Virus record (IMG/VR): IMGVR_UViG_3300009159_000050
Location: 25,967 to 89,966 of that record
DNA: 64,000 nucleotides
From: a virus
Strand: one strand, 5' to 3'
The translations under genes and the position numbers were made by a program. Below the pieces are notes generated by a model, which did no database searches, was not told the origin of the DNA, and saw nothing but the letters and a program-made list of their open reading frames with translations. This document shows, in pieces, positions 17,408 through 26,982 of this stretch (the first letter of the stretch is position 1; every line of letters begins with the position of its first letter).

Positions 17408-17595
17408 TATTCATCTCCATATTCTTTATTTCTAATAGGACTAGTTAGTATCCAAAGTGTGGTAGTGGCTATAATTCCATAACCAACAATAGTCTTTGCG
17501 CTACCGTCCAGAACAACCCAGGCAATAAACATTCCAAGAAGAGTCCATGCCTGATCTACTAGGTCTTTCATTATATTTTTTACTATTCTTACCAT
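17407..17595 (-). CDS. Small two-TM membrane protein
   Basis: WTLLGMFIAWVVLDGSAK..VG; coupled to both neighbours. Confidence 0.7.
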   Translation of the reverse strand: MVRIVKNIMKDLVDQAWTLLGMFIAWVVLDGSAKTIVGYGIIATTTLWILTSPIRNKEYGDE

Positions 17596-19679
17596 TTTCT
17601 TCCTCCTCTTGAACCTGGTGAATTGCTGCCTGAACTTCCACCAGAATTTCCTCCACCACCAGAGCCTCCTGCTGCTCCTCCTGCTGATGCAACTGCTGCT
17701 GCATTAATCGCTGCTCCTGTTGCCACAACTGTTGCTACAACCATATCTGTTGCCTCTTCTCTTTCTCCTTCAGTCATGTCTGCACCAATACTCCCAAAGG
17801 CTGCAAGTGCTGCGCCTGGATCAGTAAATACCGCGTTTAATAACGCTCCTGGATCTTGAACCAATTCTACATTTGCTGCAACCTCTGCTGTAATTATTAA
17901 CACCTCGCCAGACTCAGATGTTCTAAGTTCAATGGGGGTTTCTGGTGGAAGGTCTGCATATGAAACTCCAGATGCTTGGACCTCTGCTGCAGAAATAGAT
18001 TCTCCTGGCTTAAGGTCTTCTATTAATGCTGCTACTACAATTTCTTTTTGTTCTTTAGTTAATTCTTTACCATCTTTAGCATCTTCAATTATTTCTTTTA
18101 ATTCTTTTTCTTCTGCTTTTGCTTCTTCTTCCGCAGCCTTTTCTTCTTCTAATTCTTTTGCTTTGGCTTCTTCAGCAATTCTTTTTTCTTCTGCAAGGGC
18201 TTCAGCCTCTGCTTCTGCCTTTGCTTTTGCAATGGCCTCTTCTTCTGCTGCTATACGCTCAGCCTCTGCTTCTGCTTCGGCAATCGCTCTTTCTTCTTCC
18301 GCTATACGCTCTGCTTCTATACGATCAGCCTCTGCCTTAGCCTCTGCTTCTGCTTTTTCTTCTGCTGCTTTAATTTCTGCTGCAATGCGATCTTCTTCTG
18401 CCTTGGCCTCTATCTCTGCTTGTATTCTCGCTGCTTCAATCTCTGCTTCTATACGATCAGCCTCTGCCTTAGCCTCTGCTTCTGCCTTAATTCTTTCTGC
18501 TTCTTGTGCTGCTTGAAGTGCTGCAATTCTTTCTGCTTCTGCTTGAGCGGCTGCTGCTTGCTGTGCAATTAATGCTGCTGTCTCAGCCTGTATTCTTGCT
18601 GCTTCTGCTTGCTGTGCTGCTAATTGGGCTGCAACAGATGCTGCAATTTCTGCTTCAGTTGGTCCAGTTGGTATTGTCACTGTTGATGTTTCACTGGGCG
18701 TAGGTGTTGTTACTGTTGTAGTTTCGCTAGGTGTTGTAACTGTTGTTGTTTCAGGTGCTGGTGTTGTTACGGTTGCTGTTTCAGAGGGAGTAGGAGTCGG
18801 AGTAGGTGAAGGCTCTGGAGCAGGGGCTACATATGTAGAACCAGTAACAACATTTGAATTTGCAGAGTAAAGGGCAAAGGTATCGTTATCTGATCTAATG
18901 TGAAATGACCAGACTGTTCCTGCTGGCATAAGTCCATTTAGCAAGGAATGATCAATTGTAATTGTTGTATTTAAAGAGTTTGGTCCGCCAACATTTCCAG
19001 TAGCAATTCCCCAACCATTACATCCAGAACAATTAAAACTTATTGCATATCTTTCTGGTTGTGTGTTACCAGTGTCGGGTGCTTCCCAATTTAATATTGT
19101 TGAGGTTTCTCCGCTAATTATTGTTAAATTTCTTGGAGGTCCTATTGTTTTTACTACTGGTGCTGCTTGTGAGGTAAAGGCTTCTGCTGGAATAACTTGC
19201 ATTGACCCAGACTGATTCCATAATAGTTGAACCCAAGCACCGCCACCATTCTCGTAGTACATTAACTCTATAGTTTTTGGTATTCCTGCTGTAAATGCTA
19301 CTGGAGAAGAAGTTGTTCCTCCACCACCTTTATCTCGCCAGTCACTTGTTATTAAAACTCCATCAAGATAAAGCTTAGTTCCATCATCTGCTGTTGCTAA
19401 AAATGATATATCTTGAGTTGTGTTACTACGAATAGACCCAGTAAATCTTACAATCACATCTTCTGAAGGGCCCCCAAGGACACTACCACTACCCCACTGA
19501 AAGTTAATGTTGGATACATTTGTAGTTACTACTGGGGAGGCTCCCTGCGGTATGTAAGGAGCGCCATTTTGTCCCAGCACGTTATATACTTGAGCAGTCA
19601 AACCTTCTGCTGCGTGGGCTTTATCAATTATTAAAAGCAGGGGAAATAGAGCAAGGGATAAAACCAATGCTACTCTCAA
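17589..19679 (-). CDS. Secreted or surface protein: signal peptide, PA14, FN3-like, Pro/Thr linker, E/A/K helical stalk, hydrophobic plus Gly-rich tail
   Basis: AHA|A signal cleavage; INFQWG...ADDGTKLYLDG...YYENGGGA (PA14); PPRNL...LNWEAP (FN3). Confidence 0.85.
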   Translation of the reverse strand: MRVALVLSLALFPLLLIIDKAHAAEGLTAQVYNVLGQNGAPYIPQGASPVVTTNVSNINFQWGSGSVLGGPSEDVIVRFTGSIRSNTTQDISFLATADDGTKLYLDGVLITSDWRDKGGGGTTSSPVAFTAGIPKTIELMYYENGGGAWVQLLWNQSGSMQVIPAEAFTSQAAPVVKTIGPPRNLTIISGETSTILNWEAPDTGNTQPERYAISFNCSGCNGWGIATGNVGGPNSLNTTITIDHSLLNGLMPAGTVWSFHIRSDNDTFALYSANSNVVTGSTYVAPAPEPSPTPTPTPSETATVTTPAPETTTVTTPSETTTVTTPTPSETSTVTIPTGPTEAEIAASVAAQLAAQQAEAARIQAETAALIAQQAAAAQAEAERIAALQAAQEAERIKAEAEAKAEADRIEAEIEAARIQAEIEAKAEEDRIAAEIKAAEEKAEAEAKAEADRIEAERIAEEERAIAEAEAEAERIAAEEEAIAKAKAEAEAEALAEEKRIAEEAKAKELEEEKAAEEEAKAEEKELKEIIEDAKDGKELTKEQKEIVVAALIEDLKPGESISAAEVQASGVSYADLPPETPIELRTSESGEVLIITAEVAANVELVQDPGALLNAVFTDPGAALAAFGSIGADMTEGEREEATDMVVATVVATGAAINAAAVASAGGAAGGSGGGGNSGGSSGSNSPGSRGGRKW
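18309..18485. repeat. 45-bp direct repeat in the stalk-coding region
   Basis: CTCTGCTTCTATACGATCAGCCTCTGCCTTAGCCTCTGCTTCTGC at 18309 and 18441. Confidence 0.8.
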
Positions 19680-19756
19680 TAACTTTTTAATCTTTAACTC
19701 CTTATAGTCGTAGTGGTGATATGACTATTAAGGCTATTATATCATTTTATTCCAGC

Positions 19757-19790
19757 AAAAAAGAGGGCCAGCACTAAGACTGACCCTCTT
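19757..19790 (-). terminator. Intrinsic terminator
   Basis: AAGAGGGTCAG...CTGGCCCTCTT followed by TTTT on the - strand. Confidence 0.8.
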
Positions 19791-19802
19791 ATTGTTAAGC
19801 TA

Positions 19803-21509
19803 TTAAGCTTTTACCTTCTTGGCAATCTTTGCAACTACTGCTGCAAGTGATTTAATTTGTGCCTGAAGTCCAGCAATTAACTTAGTTACAGACTCTGAAA
19901 GTGCTGCAACTGCGTCTGATGCTGCTTGTGCTGCTGTTGTTGCAGCATCTGCTGCTTCTGCTGCTGCGAGAGCTGCATCTGTTGCTGCATTGGCTGCATC
20001 AACCGCTTCTTTTGCTGCGTCTGATGCTGCTTTCTGAGCAGAATCTTCAACAAGTACCTCTGCAGAAACTACAACTTGACCTGCTACTGGAAGAGATGAT
20101 CCACCAGTTGCTGTGACCTTAATTGTATTTTGTACAAGTGGCATAAAGACCTTGTAGGTCTTAACTGTTGCTGTATCTGTTGTTACAGAAGTCGCTGTTA
20201 GTACATCAGATGCTGATCCAAATGCATAGTTAGAAACAATTCCACCTGTAGCAAATAGATTAGAGTGTGTCTTACCAGACAATGGAAGACCTGCTGCATC
20301 TAGAACTTGAACTGTAATAATTGCTGCTTCTCCTGGAAGGTACTGAGCCTTATCAAAAGACAACTTAACAGTTGCTGCTGCACCCTCTACACGAGTTGCA
20401 ACTGGTGCAGATGATACTGCCCCTGACTTAACAGTTACAGCAACTCCGCCTGTCTTAACTCCTGTAAGAGTAAACATTGCTTCACCATTTACGATTGTTG
20501 CTGCAGTTCCTGAATCGGATACCACTGAAACATCGCTTGAGAAAGCATTAAGTGTTCCTGCTCCAACTGTTACTCCAGCAGCATCATATGCTATTGCCTT
20601 AATTGTTGAAACATTTGATCCCACTGGGATAACAGGCTTAACTGTTGTTGCTACGATAGATGCGATATCTCCGTAGAATGTTACCTTCTCAGTTGCAAGA
20701 ACTACACCTGTAAGTGTTGTAAGAGTAATTGTTGATACTCCTGCTGTACCGTCAGCAAATACACCAATATGGTTTCCTGAAGCAATTACCAATGAGCGAC
20801 CTTGTGCTGAAATTGATGTTGCGTTTGATCCGCCACCAATCATTCCTGAACCTGAAACTGTTGCAAGAATTGACTCAGTTGCTGATCCCCCTGCTGCATT
20901 CTTAGGTGTAACAACAATTACTGCTGCTGCATCTGCTGAAGTAGCCTTTGGAGCATAAACTGTAGCATCTGCGGTTGCAGTTGTTACTTCACCAGCATTA
21001 AGGATAGATGTCGTAGTTGAAGCAGATGGAGTTAGATCCGCTGCCTTAACTGTTACTGTCCACGAAACTGATGGCCCATTGATTGGGCTTGTTGTTAGAA
21101 TCTTTGCATCATATGTGCCTGCAACCGTTGGTGCATTCAAAGTTACCAAGAACTTTGCTGTTACATATGTTGGTGTGTTAACTGTTGAGTTAACGTTTGC
21201 TGAAACATTATTTCCTGCAATAACTACTGAGGATGTTGATGTTTCTAGAAGTGATAAGGTTGCAGACTTTGCTGCCCCTGTTGGCTGAGAAAACATAGCA
21301 GAGATAATTGTTGCTGTATCTGCTGATGTTTCTGAAATAAACGACAATGTTACTACTGCTGTGGCAGACTCACCAGTTGTCACAGCATCTGTTGCTGAGT
21401 CAATCGTTAGAGTTGGTGCGTTTACAGCAGCACTTGTCGGAAGTGCTGATAGTACGCCAAAAGACATTGCTGCAGCTAGTCCTAAAGCGATTTTCTTAAA
21501 TGAATTCAC
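19803..21509 (-). CDS. Secreted Ala/Thr/Val-rich Ig-like surface (S-layer-like) protein with a C-terminal coiled coil
   Basis: Signal peptide MNSFKKIALGLAAAMSFGVLSALPTSA|A; beta-rich repeats; Ala-rich helix ending KIAKKVKA; GTG start with AAGGAG SD. Confidence 0.75.
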   Translation of the reverse strand: MNSFKKIALGLAAAMSFGVLSALPTSAAVNAPTLTIDSATDAVTTGESATAVVTLSFISETSADTATIISAMFSQPTGAAKSATLSLLETSTSSVVIAGNNVSANVNSTVNTPTYVTAKFLVTLNAPTVAGTYDAKILTTSPINGPSVSWTVTVKAADLTPSASTTTSILNAGEVTTATADATVYAPKATSADAAAVIVVTPKNAAGGSATESILATVSGSGMIGGGSNATSISAQGRSLVIASGNHIGVFADGTAGVSTITLTTLTGVVLATEKVTFYGDIASIVATTVKPVIPVGSNVSTIKAIAYDAAGVTVGAGTLNAFSSDVSVVSDSGTAATIVNGEAMFTLTGVKTGGVAVTVKSGAVSSAPVATRVEGAAATVKLSFDKAQYLPGEAAIITVQVLDAAGLPLSGKTHSNLFATGGIVSNYAFGSASDVLTATSVTTDTATVKTYKVFMPLVQNTIKVTATGGSSLPVAGQVVVSAEVLVEDSAQKAASDAAKEAVDAANAATDAALAAAEAADAATTAAQAASDAVAALSESVTKLIAGLQAQIKSLAAVVAKIAKKVKA

Positions 21510-21522
21510 TTACTTCTCCTTA

Positions 21523-23304
21523 TTATATTAGTTTTAAATTGTCAAGAAAATCCTTGACATCTTCAGGCATTTGCCTGTCTTCCAATTCTACCATAGCTCT
21601 TTGTTGTCTTGCAAGTTTATCACTTGTTCCCCAGGTATGGATCTCTATTTCAATATCTATATCCTTTGGGGTGTGAGAGATGGCACCAAAAACAGCACCA
21701 CAAACAGCATCTGCCAAGTCTTTGGATTTCTTTCTAGGGTGATCAACACGATTGCCCTTCATAATCTTCAACTCTGACATTTCTTCCAAGAGTAATGGAA
21801 TCATTGGCATAGCAACACGCTCTTCATAGATCATCATTGCTAAATCTTCGTAGTGTTTTTTTGCAACAGAAACAGTATCAGTTCTTATTCCTACTGCTTT
21901 AAGCTCTTGCTGAATATCAAATGATTGCCAACGGTCAAAAGAAACCATTCCTATATTAAACCCTTGTCTTCTAAGGTTTTGAATCCACTGCTTAACCTGA
22001 GATAGATCAACTGGTCCTTCTGATCTTGGTTCCCACCATGCTACTGCATCTACTATTACGATAGGTGCTACCTGTTCATAGTCTTTAATTACCTGGATAT
22101 TTACCCACTTATCTACGTGAGCAATTGCTACCGCACACTTATCGTGCTTTTGTGCAAGGTCAGCATGAACATAATAAATTTTATCTGGGTCTGGTTTAAA
22201 GTTTTCTGCAAACCTTCTAAAGCTATCAACTGGATTTGTTAATGTCATACAGCTAATCAGTTTATCTTTTTGTTTAAAAAAGGCATCGGAGGAATATGTT
22301 GGTGTGCAAAGAAAACGCATCATTGCATCTCCTAGGTCTGTTAAGAATGCAATCTTGAAGTCATCAATTTTACGTGTAGGATTTACATCCCAGGTTGGAC
22401 GCTTTAGTGCAAATATCTTAGGAATTTTATATGAAAGGATATTATCTTCATCCCATGATATTTCAAAATTGTTGTCTGGATTATCATGTGGTAGATCTTC
22501 ATTAATAATAAATTTGTGTGTTTTTTCTATTACCTCTTTGTCGGCGATTACTGAATCATACCGTTGAGAAATAAAGTCACCTGGATAACGAGGGAATGAA
22601 AGAAGAACAACCTTCCCAAGATCAGGGAAACGAGAATCTACAGTACCACGAAAAGCTTTATAGATATTATCAGCAGTCTTACCCTGTTCATTTCCTGTTG
22701 CTACCTCTGATGCAAAACCAGAAATTTCATCAAGAACAGCCATGAACAGGTTCAAACCTTCATGTGACTCACGCTCAGAGTGACCAGAATAAACAGTGAT
22801 TGATTTATCAAACTCAATTGAGTCTGCTTTTGGATTATACTTTCCTGCAAACCACGGTGATCTTTCAATCTTTGATTTAAAACCTTTAAAGAAAACATTT
22901 TTTGCCTGTTGAGCATTGACTGCAACGTTAATAATATCAATGGCATCTCCTGCAGGCTTTCCATAATAGATTGCAGGATCTTTAAGACATAACATTTTAT
23001 ATACTACATATGCACACGATACTGTTGATACGAAGTCTTTTCCAGATCCCTTGCCAAGTTGCAGGATAAGCTCATTCTTTGTATATTTTTTATAGTACTC
23101 TTCCCCTGCGTCACCCATTATATCAATAACATCTTCTTTACGATAAATCTGGCTCATGGCTTCTACAATTGTATATTGAATATCAGATAAAGGTGGTTGC
23201 CCAAGATAGTCTGGAGACTCAACAAATGTCTTTGCATCAACAGGCTTCTCAACAAAATGATTTTCTTTTAAAACTTCCAAGAAATCATTGAACGTCGTGG
23301 ACAA
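21523..23304 (-). CDS. terL: Terminase large subunit
   Basis: Walker A GKGSGKD, Walker B AVLDE, nuclease motifs HADLAQKHD and SKDLADA. Confidence 0.9.
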   Translation of the reverse strand: MSTTFNDFLEVLKENHFVEKPVDAKTFVESPDYLGQPPLSDIQYTIVEAMSQIYRKEDVIDIMGDAGEEYYKKYTKNELILQLGKGSGKDFVSTVSCAYVVYKMLCLKDPAIYYGKPAGDAIDIINVAVNAQQAKNVFFKGFKSKIERSPWFAGKYNPKADSIEFDKSITVYSGHSERESHEGLNLFMAVLDEISGFASEVATGNEQGKTADNIYKAFRGTVDSRFPDLGKVVLLSFPRYPGDFISQRYDSVIADKEVIEKTHKFIINEDLPHDNPDNNFEISWDEDNILSYKIPKIFALKRPTWDVNPTRKIDDFKIAFLTDLGDAMMRFLCTPTYSSDAFFKQKDKLISCMTLTNPVDSFRRFAENFKPDPDKIYYVHADLAQKHDKCAVAIAHVDKWVNIQVIKDYEQVAPIVIVDAVAWWEPRSEGPVDLSQVKQWIQNLRRQGFNIGMVSFDRWQSFDIQQELKAVGIRTDTVSVAKKHYEDLAMMIYEERVAMPMIPLLLEEMSELKIMKGNRVDHPRKKSKDLADAVCGAVFGAISHTPKDIDIEIEIHTWGTSDKLARQQRAMVELEDRQMPEDVKDFLDNLKLI

Positions 23305-23821
23305 CTGTAATCACTTCTCCTTCTCTTGCAATAGAAGATAGTCTTTGCATAATAAGATCTCTGATATCTGGGTGCTCTGATGCAATATCCCTAAGTATTC
23401 CAACAAGAACTTCTTGTCTACGCTCAATCTCAACCATCTCTTCTGCAAGCTCTTTGTTTTCAAGAAGGCCAGCCTTTTGTAGCATGTCAATGCGCTTAGA
23501 CTCTATATCCATAACAAGTTTAATAGCAGCAGTCTTTGCGCTAAGGTTATTAACCATTGAAGCTTCGTCAATAACTTCATAAGCTTTTGATATAAGCTTG
23601 CTATAATGTGTGTCAGCCCCAACGAGTGCTTCTTTTGCACGAGAACGAATGGCAGCATTATCAGATGCCATTGTTTTCCACTCATTAATAAGTGAAACAA
23701 CACGTGTGCGTGGAATATCTAATTCTTTTGAAATTACTGTTGGGTCATTACCCTTTAGGTATTCACCAACAACATTGTTTATTTGATCAAGATGCTTTAT
23801 TAAATCTTCTTCAGTTGACAT
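23285..23821 (-). CDS. Terminase small subunit (probable)
   Basis: N-terminal HTH (ISKELDIPRTRV), helical, directly upstream of terL. Confidence 0.6.
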   Translation of the reverse strand: MSTEEDLIKHLDQINNVVGEYLKGNDPTVISKELDIPRTRVVSLINEWKTMASDNAAIRSRAKEALVGADTHYSKLISKAYEVIDEASMVNNLSAKTAAIKLVMDIESKRIDMLQKAGLLENKELAEEMVEIERRQEVLVGILRDIASEHPDIRDLIMQRLSSIAREGEVITVVHDVQ

Positions 23822-24056
23822 TGTACTTGCCCTCTAGTCTATTTATTTCATCTTTAATATAAAATATTGCCTTTTCAAGATCCTGAATAGTTTTGGATTC
23901 ATCTTTGATTCCAGCTCTCCATAAATATTTAAATGCATTTCCAATGTTAAAATTTCTATGCCTAGTTATCTGAATGCATTCAACTCCAGAAGGATCAGAG
24001 ATGTAGTGATGAGGATGATTAACCTGGTCAACGGTTATATTAAGTTTGTTACTCAT
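23811..24056 (-). CDS. DUF3310/SaV-like protein
   Basis: DQVNHPHHY...ECI...GNAFKYLWRAG.K...DLEKA.FY. Confidence 0.88.
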   Translation of the reverse strand: MSNKLNITVDQVNHPHHYISDPSGVECIQITRHRNFNIGNAFKYLWRAGIKDESKTIQDLEKAIFYIKDEINRLEGKYNVN

Positions 24057-24213
24057 TTATTGTTGCCACAGACAATCTTTTTAAACATCTTACACAATCT
24101 GTGTATGCTTTACGTGTGTATGGACATGAAGCAGTATATGTATTTATATGTTTGCAAAAAAATTGTTTAATAATTGAGTATGTGATATATACAAAACTAT
24201 TAAAAATCTTCAT
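24049..24213 (-). CDS. Small Cys/His protein (54 aa, not in the ORF track)
   Basis: Hand translation MKIFNSFVYITYSIIKQFFCKHINTYTASCPYTRKAYTDCVRCLKRLSVATINE fills the gap. Confidence 0.55.
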   Translation of the reverse strand: MKIFNSFVYITYSIIKQFFCKHINTYTASCPYTRKAYTDCVRCLKRLSVATINE

Positions 24214-24325
24214 CATCATCCCAATCAAATACTTCTGGCATTCCTCTTAAAGCTGAAACGACATATGTAATGCCCACGGCTCCAGCAATGCCTATTCCTA
24301 GCATTATCTTTTGTAACTTGCTCAT
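24200..24325 (-). CDS. Small single-TM protein with an acidic tail
   Basis: MSKLQKIMLGIGIAGAVGITYVV...DWDDDEDF; ATGA coupling with the upstream gene. Confidence 0.6.
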   Translation of the reverse strand: MSKLQKIMLGIGIAGAVGITYVVSALRGMPEVFDWDDDEDF

Positions 24326-24477
24326 CTTTTTGACTTCCTTAATCCGAATTTTGCAAGGTAAACATAGATTGTCTCTACGCTTGCCCCACATTCTTTTGCA
24401 ATTTCTTCTGGGGACTTCTTATCCATAAGATACCTCTTACGCATAAAAACCTCTGATGTATACAGTTTAGCAGACAT
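24322..24477 (-). CDS. Small HTH DNA-binding protein
   Basis: SPEEIAKECGASVETIYVYL. Confidence 0.75.
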   Translation of the reverse strand: MSAKLYTSEVFMRKRYLMDKKSPEEIAKECGASVETIYVYLAKFGLRKSKR

Positions 24478-24481
24478 AGGA

Positions 24482-25126
24482 CTATTTGTCAATCCCTGAC
24501 TCAAAAATATCATAGTTGTAAGCATTTGAGTCTTCTAGTATCCACTTGTCATAACTTTCAACATCCCATTTATTTGTATTAATTAGCCTATTTATTACTA
24601 GATCTTTTTTAGTAACAAATGATGGCTCTTTAATTCTTACCCTGTTGTTTGGCTGTACCGCAAAATTTCCATCATCTCTTTGTATTACATGTCCACATTT
24701 ATGTTGTCCTGGATTTTCAGAATACCCATCATCCAAAATATTAGTTTCTGGGCTATGCCAATCTAAAGTAAATAGATAAGTTCCAGGAACATTAGTTTTA
24801 TTTCTATCAATATAAGACATTCTCATATTGCTTAATGCCTGAAACTTTGTAACAGAAACGTGTGAACTAAAAGAATTCCATAAAACAAGATTATGTATTG
24901 GCTCTTCTGGAACTCCTGGCTTAGTGCAGAATGCATTAATTGGCATTCTCCACCAAATTCCACCATCTTCCATCATAAAATGAAACAGTGGGCTTCTTGC
25001 CTTAATACTTGAAACTCCAAAAATTACACATGGAAAATACTGATCATGACTGTCTATCTGATCTCTTAAAAAGTTACCACGCACATAGCACTCAATTGGT
25101 GGGATATTTGCATTTAACTCTGGCAT
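24482..25126 (-). CDS. Phage hypothetical protein
   Basis: LNANIPP...YLFTLDW...HKCGH...QPNNR; function unknown. Confidence 0.7.
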   Translation of the reverse strand: MPELNANIPPIECYVRGNFLRDQIDSHDQYFPCVIFGVSSIKARSPLFHFMMEDGGIWWRMPINAFCTKPGVPEEPIHNLVLWNSFSSHVSVTKFQALSNMRMSYIDRNKTNVPGTYLFTLDWHSPETNILDDGYSENPGQHKCGHVIQRDDGNFAVQPNNRVRIKEPSFVTKKDLVINRLINTNKWDVESYDKWILEDSNAYNYDIFESGIDK

Positions 25127-25350
25127 TATATGTTCTCCTTATGTTCTTTAATTATTGGTTCAAGTCTATCCCAGTGACCCTTTGGACTACCTTGGTAAAT
25201 TTGACCAGTTTCTCTATCTAAAAGCATCCATTTTGTGGGAGCAAGAGTCCTGACGGTTAAGATAACGTCCTGCTCTTCTTCCTTAAATATAAAAGGATCT
25301 CTCTCCATCATGCCGTACCTATAGCCTTTCCCCAATTCTTTAATGCCCAA
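25126..25350 (-). CDS. Hypothetical protein
   Basis: Packed ORF; true start probably near 25311. Confidence 0.55.
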   Translation of the reverse strand: MGIKELGKGYRYGMMERDPFIFKEEEQDVILTVRTLAPTKWMLLDRETGQIYQGSPKGHWDRLEPIIKEHKENI

Positions 25351-25907
25351 TGCCCAATACCAATTGCATCTGCAACGTCATTGTCTGTTATATTTTTATC
25401 ATATTGCAAGTTAATGAATCTAATAGTCTTTTGCTTTCTAATTTCTCTTTCATTTGCTTTGTGCCAAGCTTCTGATTTCCCTGCATTTTTTGATCTTATA
25501 AAAAACTTTTCATCTTTAGTTAACTTTCCATTGCCTATAAATATTTGCCAAGTAATTGGGGCCACTGTGCCTATAACTTTTGTACCAGTTAAACCAGCAG
25601 CACCTAGCAGTGCCCCCTGAACAAGTGCTAGATCGGCAGCCACTTTTGGGGAATTCATAAATACTGTGTGCTCAATAACAATAGCCTCAAACCCACCATA
25701 GTGATCAAAGAAGGCCTTTGTTTTTTTACAGGCATCCATTACCTTTTCATATGTATTTTTTCCTTCAAAGTTTATTTTTCCTGCTGCACTCAGTGTTTTT
25801 TCTTGAGTGTCAAATAAAGCAAAGGCAAAACTATTTGTACTAGCATCAATAGCGCATATAGTTTTTGGCATTGATTCAATACCCCACTTATTCTTGCTCA
25901 TACTCAA
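25308..25907 (-). CDS. RuvC-like Holliday junction resolvase
   Basis: AIDAS, IVIE and DNDVADAIGIG RNase H-fold acidic residues. Confidence 0.8.
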   Translation of the reverse strand: MSMSKNKWGIESMPKTICAIDASTNSFAFALFDTQEKTLSAAGKINFEGKNTYEKVMDACKKTKAFFDHYGGFEAIVIEHTVFMNSPKVAADLALVQGALLGAAGLTGTKVIGTVAPITWQIFIGNGKLTKDEKFFIRSKNAGKSEAWHKANEREIRKQKTIRFINLQYDKNITDNDVADAIGIGHWALKNWGKAIGTA

Positions 25908-26178
25908 TAAAACCTTTCAATTCTTTTAACATTTTGTTTACTGCTTTTTCACTTACGTTACAATTTGCACAAAATCCAGAGTCGTTATATATAGAAAGAG
26001 AAGTTCCGCATCCACCTAAGCATCTACGGTCCTTCCCCTTTCTTTTTTGTCTACGAGTTATTTGATATCTTTCCTGAATCTTATCTCTTGTAGCAAGGTC
26101 TCTGCACTCATGGCTACAGTAAATCTGATAACTGACCTTTGGGCTAAACCTAATGTCACATCTGCTACAAAGCTTCAC
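25888..26178 (-). CDS. Double zinc-finger protein
   Basis: CSRC...YCSHEC and CLGGC...FCANC. Confidence 0.7.
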   Translation of the reverse strand: MKLCSRCDIRFSPKVSYQIYCSHECRDLATRDKIQERYQITRRQKRKGKDRRCLGGCGTSLSIYNDSGFCANCNVSEKAVNKMLKELKGFIEYEQE

Positions 26179-26950
26179 TCAGTTCCTCCAGAGATGCTAT
26201 CTTAACAACACCTGCTCCTGCTTCGTCACATGCTTTTCTGATTGGACAGTTTTTACAAATCTTAGAGTTTGATCTATAGTTCTTTGTTGGAAGCTCTTTA
26301 ACTTCCCAAGACTTACGAACAACTCTCATCCATTCAAAAGCTTCATCAATCCATTTGCGATAATGATCATTTACTTCTACTGGAATAACAAGAAGTTCAT
26401 GGTTGTTTTTATTCTCATAAATAAGAACACCCTTAGCCTTCTTAAGAATCTTCATATAGATAAGTATCTGTACAACATGTCCCATCTTAGGCTTGCCTGT
26501 ACGCTTGCGATATTCAAAAACTTCGTTGTTGGTTGTCTTTACTTCTACAACAACTTCTTCACCCTTCCAATTAATAAAGTTATCTACATAACCAAAAATA
26601 GGAGGATCATCATTAAAAATCTTAAACTCTGAGTCAATAGAAATTCCAGAGTTCTTAAATGCTTCCTCAATTCTTCCATGAGCCAGCGTTCCATTGCTCA
26701 TGTTTGCAACAGCATATGGGTCAGCATTATCCTCAAATACTGCTCCTTCAAATGCAAGGTACCAATATCTTGGACATTCTCCATGACCATAGGCAATAGT
26801 AGAAGGACCAAAGGTTTTCTTCTGTGTATGCTTAGGCTCACGACCTACAAGATATCCTGCCTCAATTGCCTTTACAAGCTCTTTAGCATCAATTGCTGCT
26901 GGTGACTCAACTTCTTTTATCATGATTTGCTTTAGTAAATTTTTTGTCAT
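26165..26950 (-). CDS. Cas4-like PD-(D/E)XK exonuclease
   Basis: CPRYWY, GYVD, VEVKT, QILIY, CKNCPIRKAC. Confidence 0.85.
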   Translation of the reverse strand: MTKNLLKQIMIKEVESPAAIDAKELVKAIEAGYLVGREPKHTQKKTFGPSTIAYGHGECPRYWYLAFEGAVFEDNADPYAVANMSNGTLAHGRIEEAFKNSGISIDSEFKIFNDDPPIFGYVDNFINWKGEEVVVEVKTTNNEVFEYRKRTGKPKMGHVVQILIYMKILKKAKGVLIYENKNNHELLVIPVEVNDHYRKWIDEAFEWMRVVRKSWEVKELPTKNYRSNSKICKNCPIRKACDEAGAGVVKIASLEELSEAL

Positions 26951-26982
26951 GTTATCTCTTTTCTTTATATAAGTATAGCATG

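Noticed and set aside
17623-18703. Several + strand ORFs, including one of 194 aa
   Set aside because: Antisense shadows of the low-complexity Ala/Glu stalk codons
21522-21545. TTGACA...TATAAT promoter directly before the S-layer-like gene
   Set aside because: The spacer is only 12 nt; a better-spaced candidate lies at about 21585-21614
26165-26950. Cas4 as part of a CRISPR-Cas system
   Set aside because: Stand-alone Cas4-like nuclease in a recombination module; no cas1/cas2 or array seen
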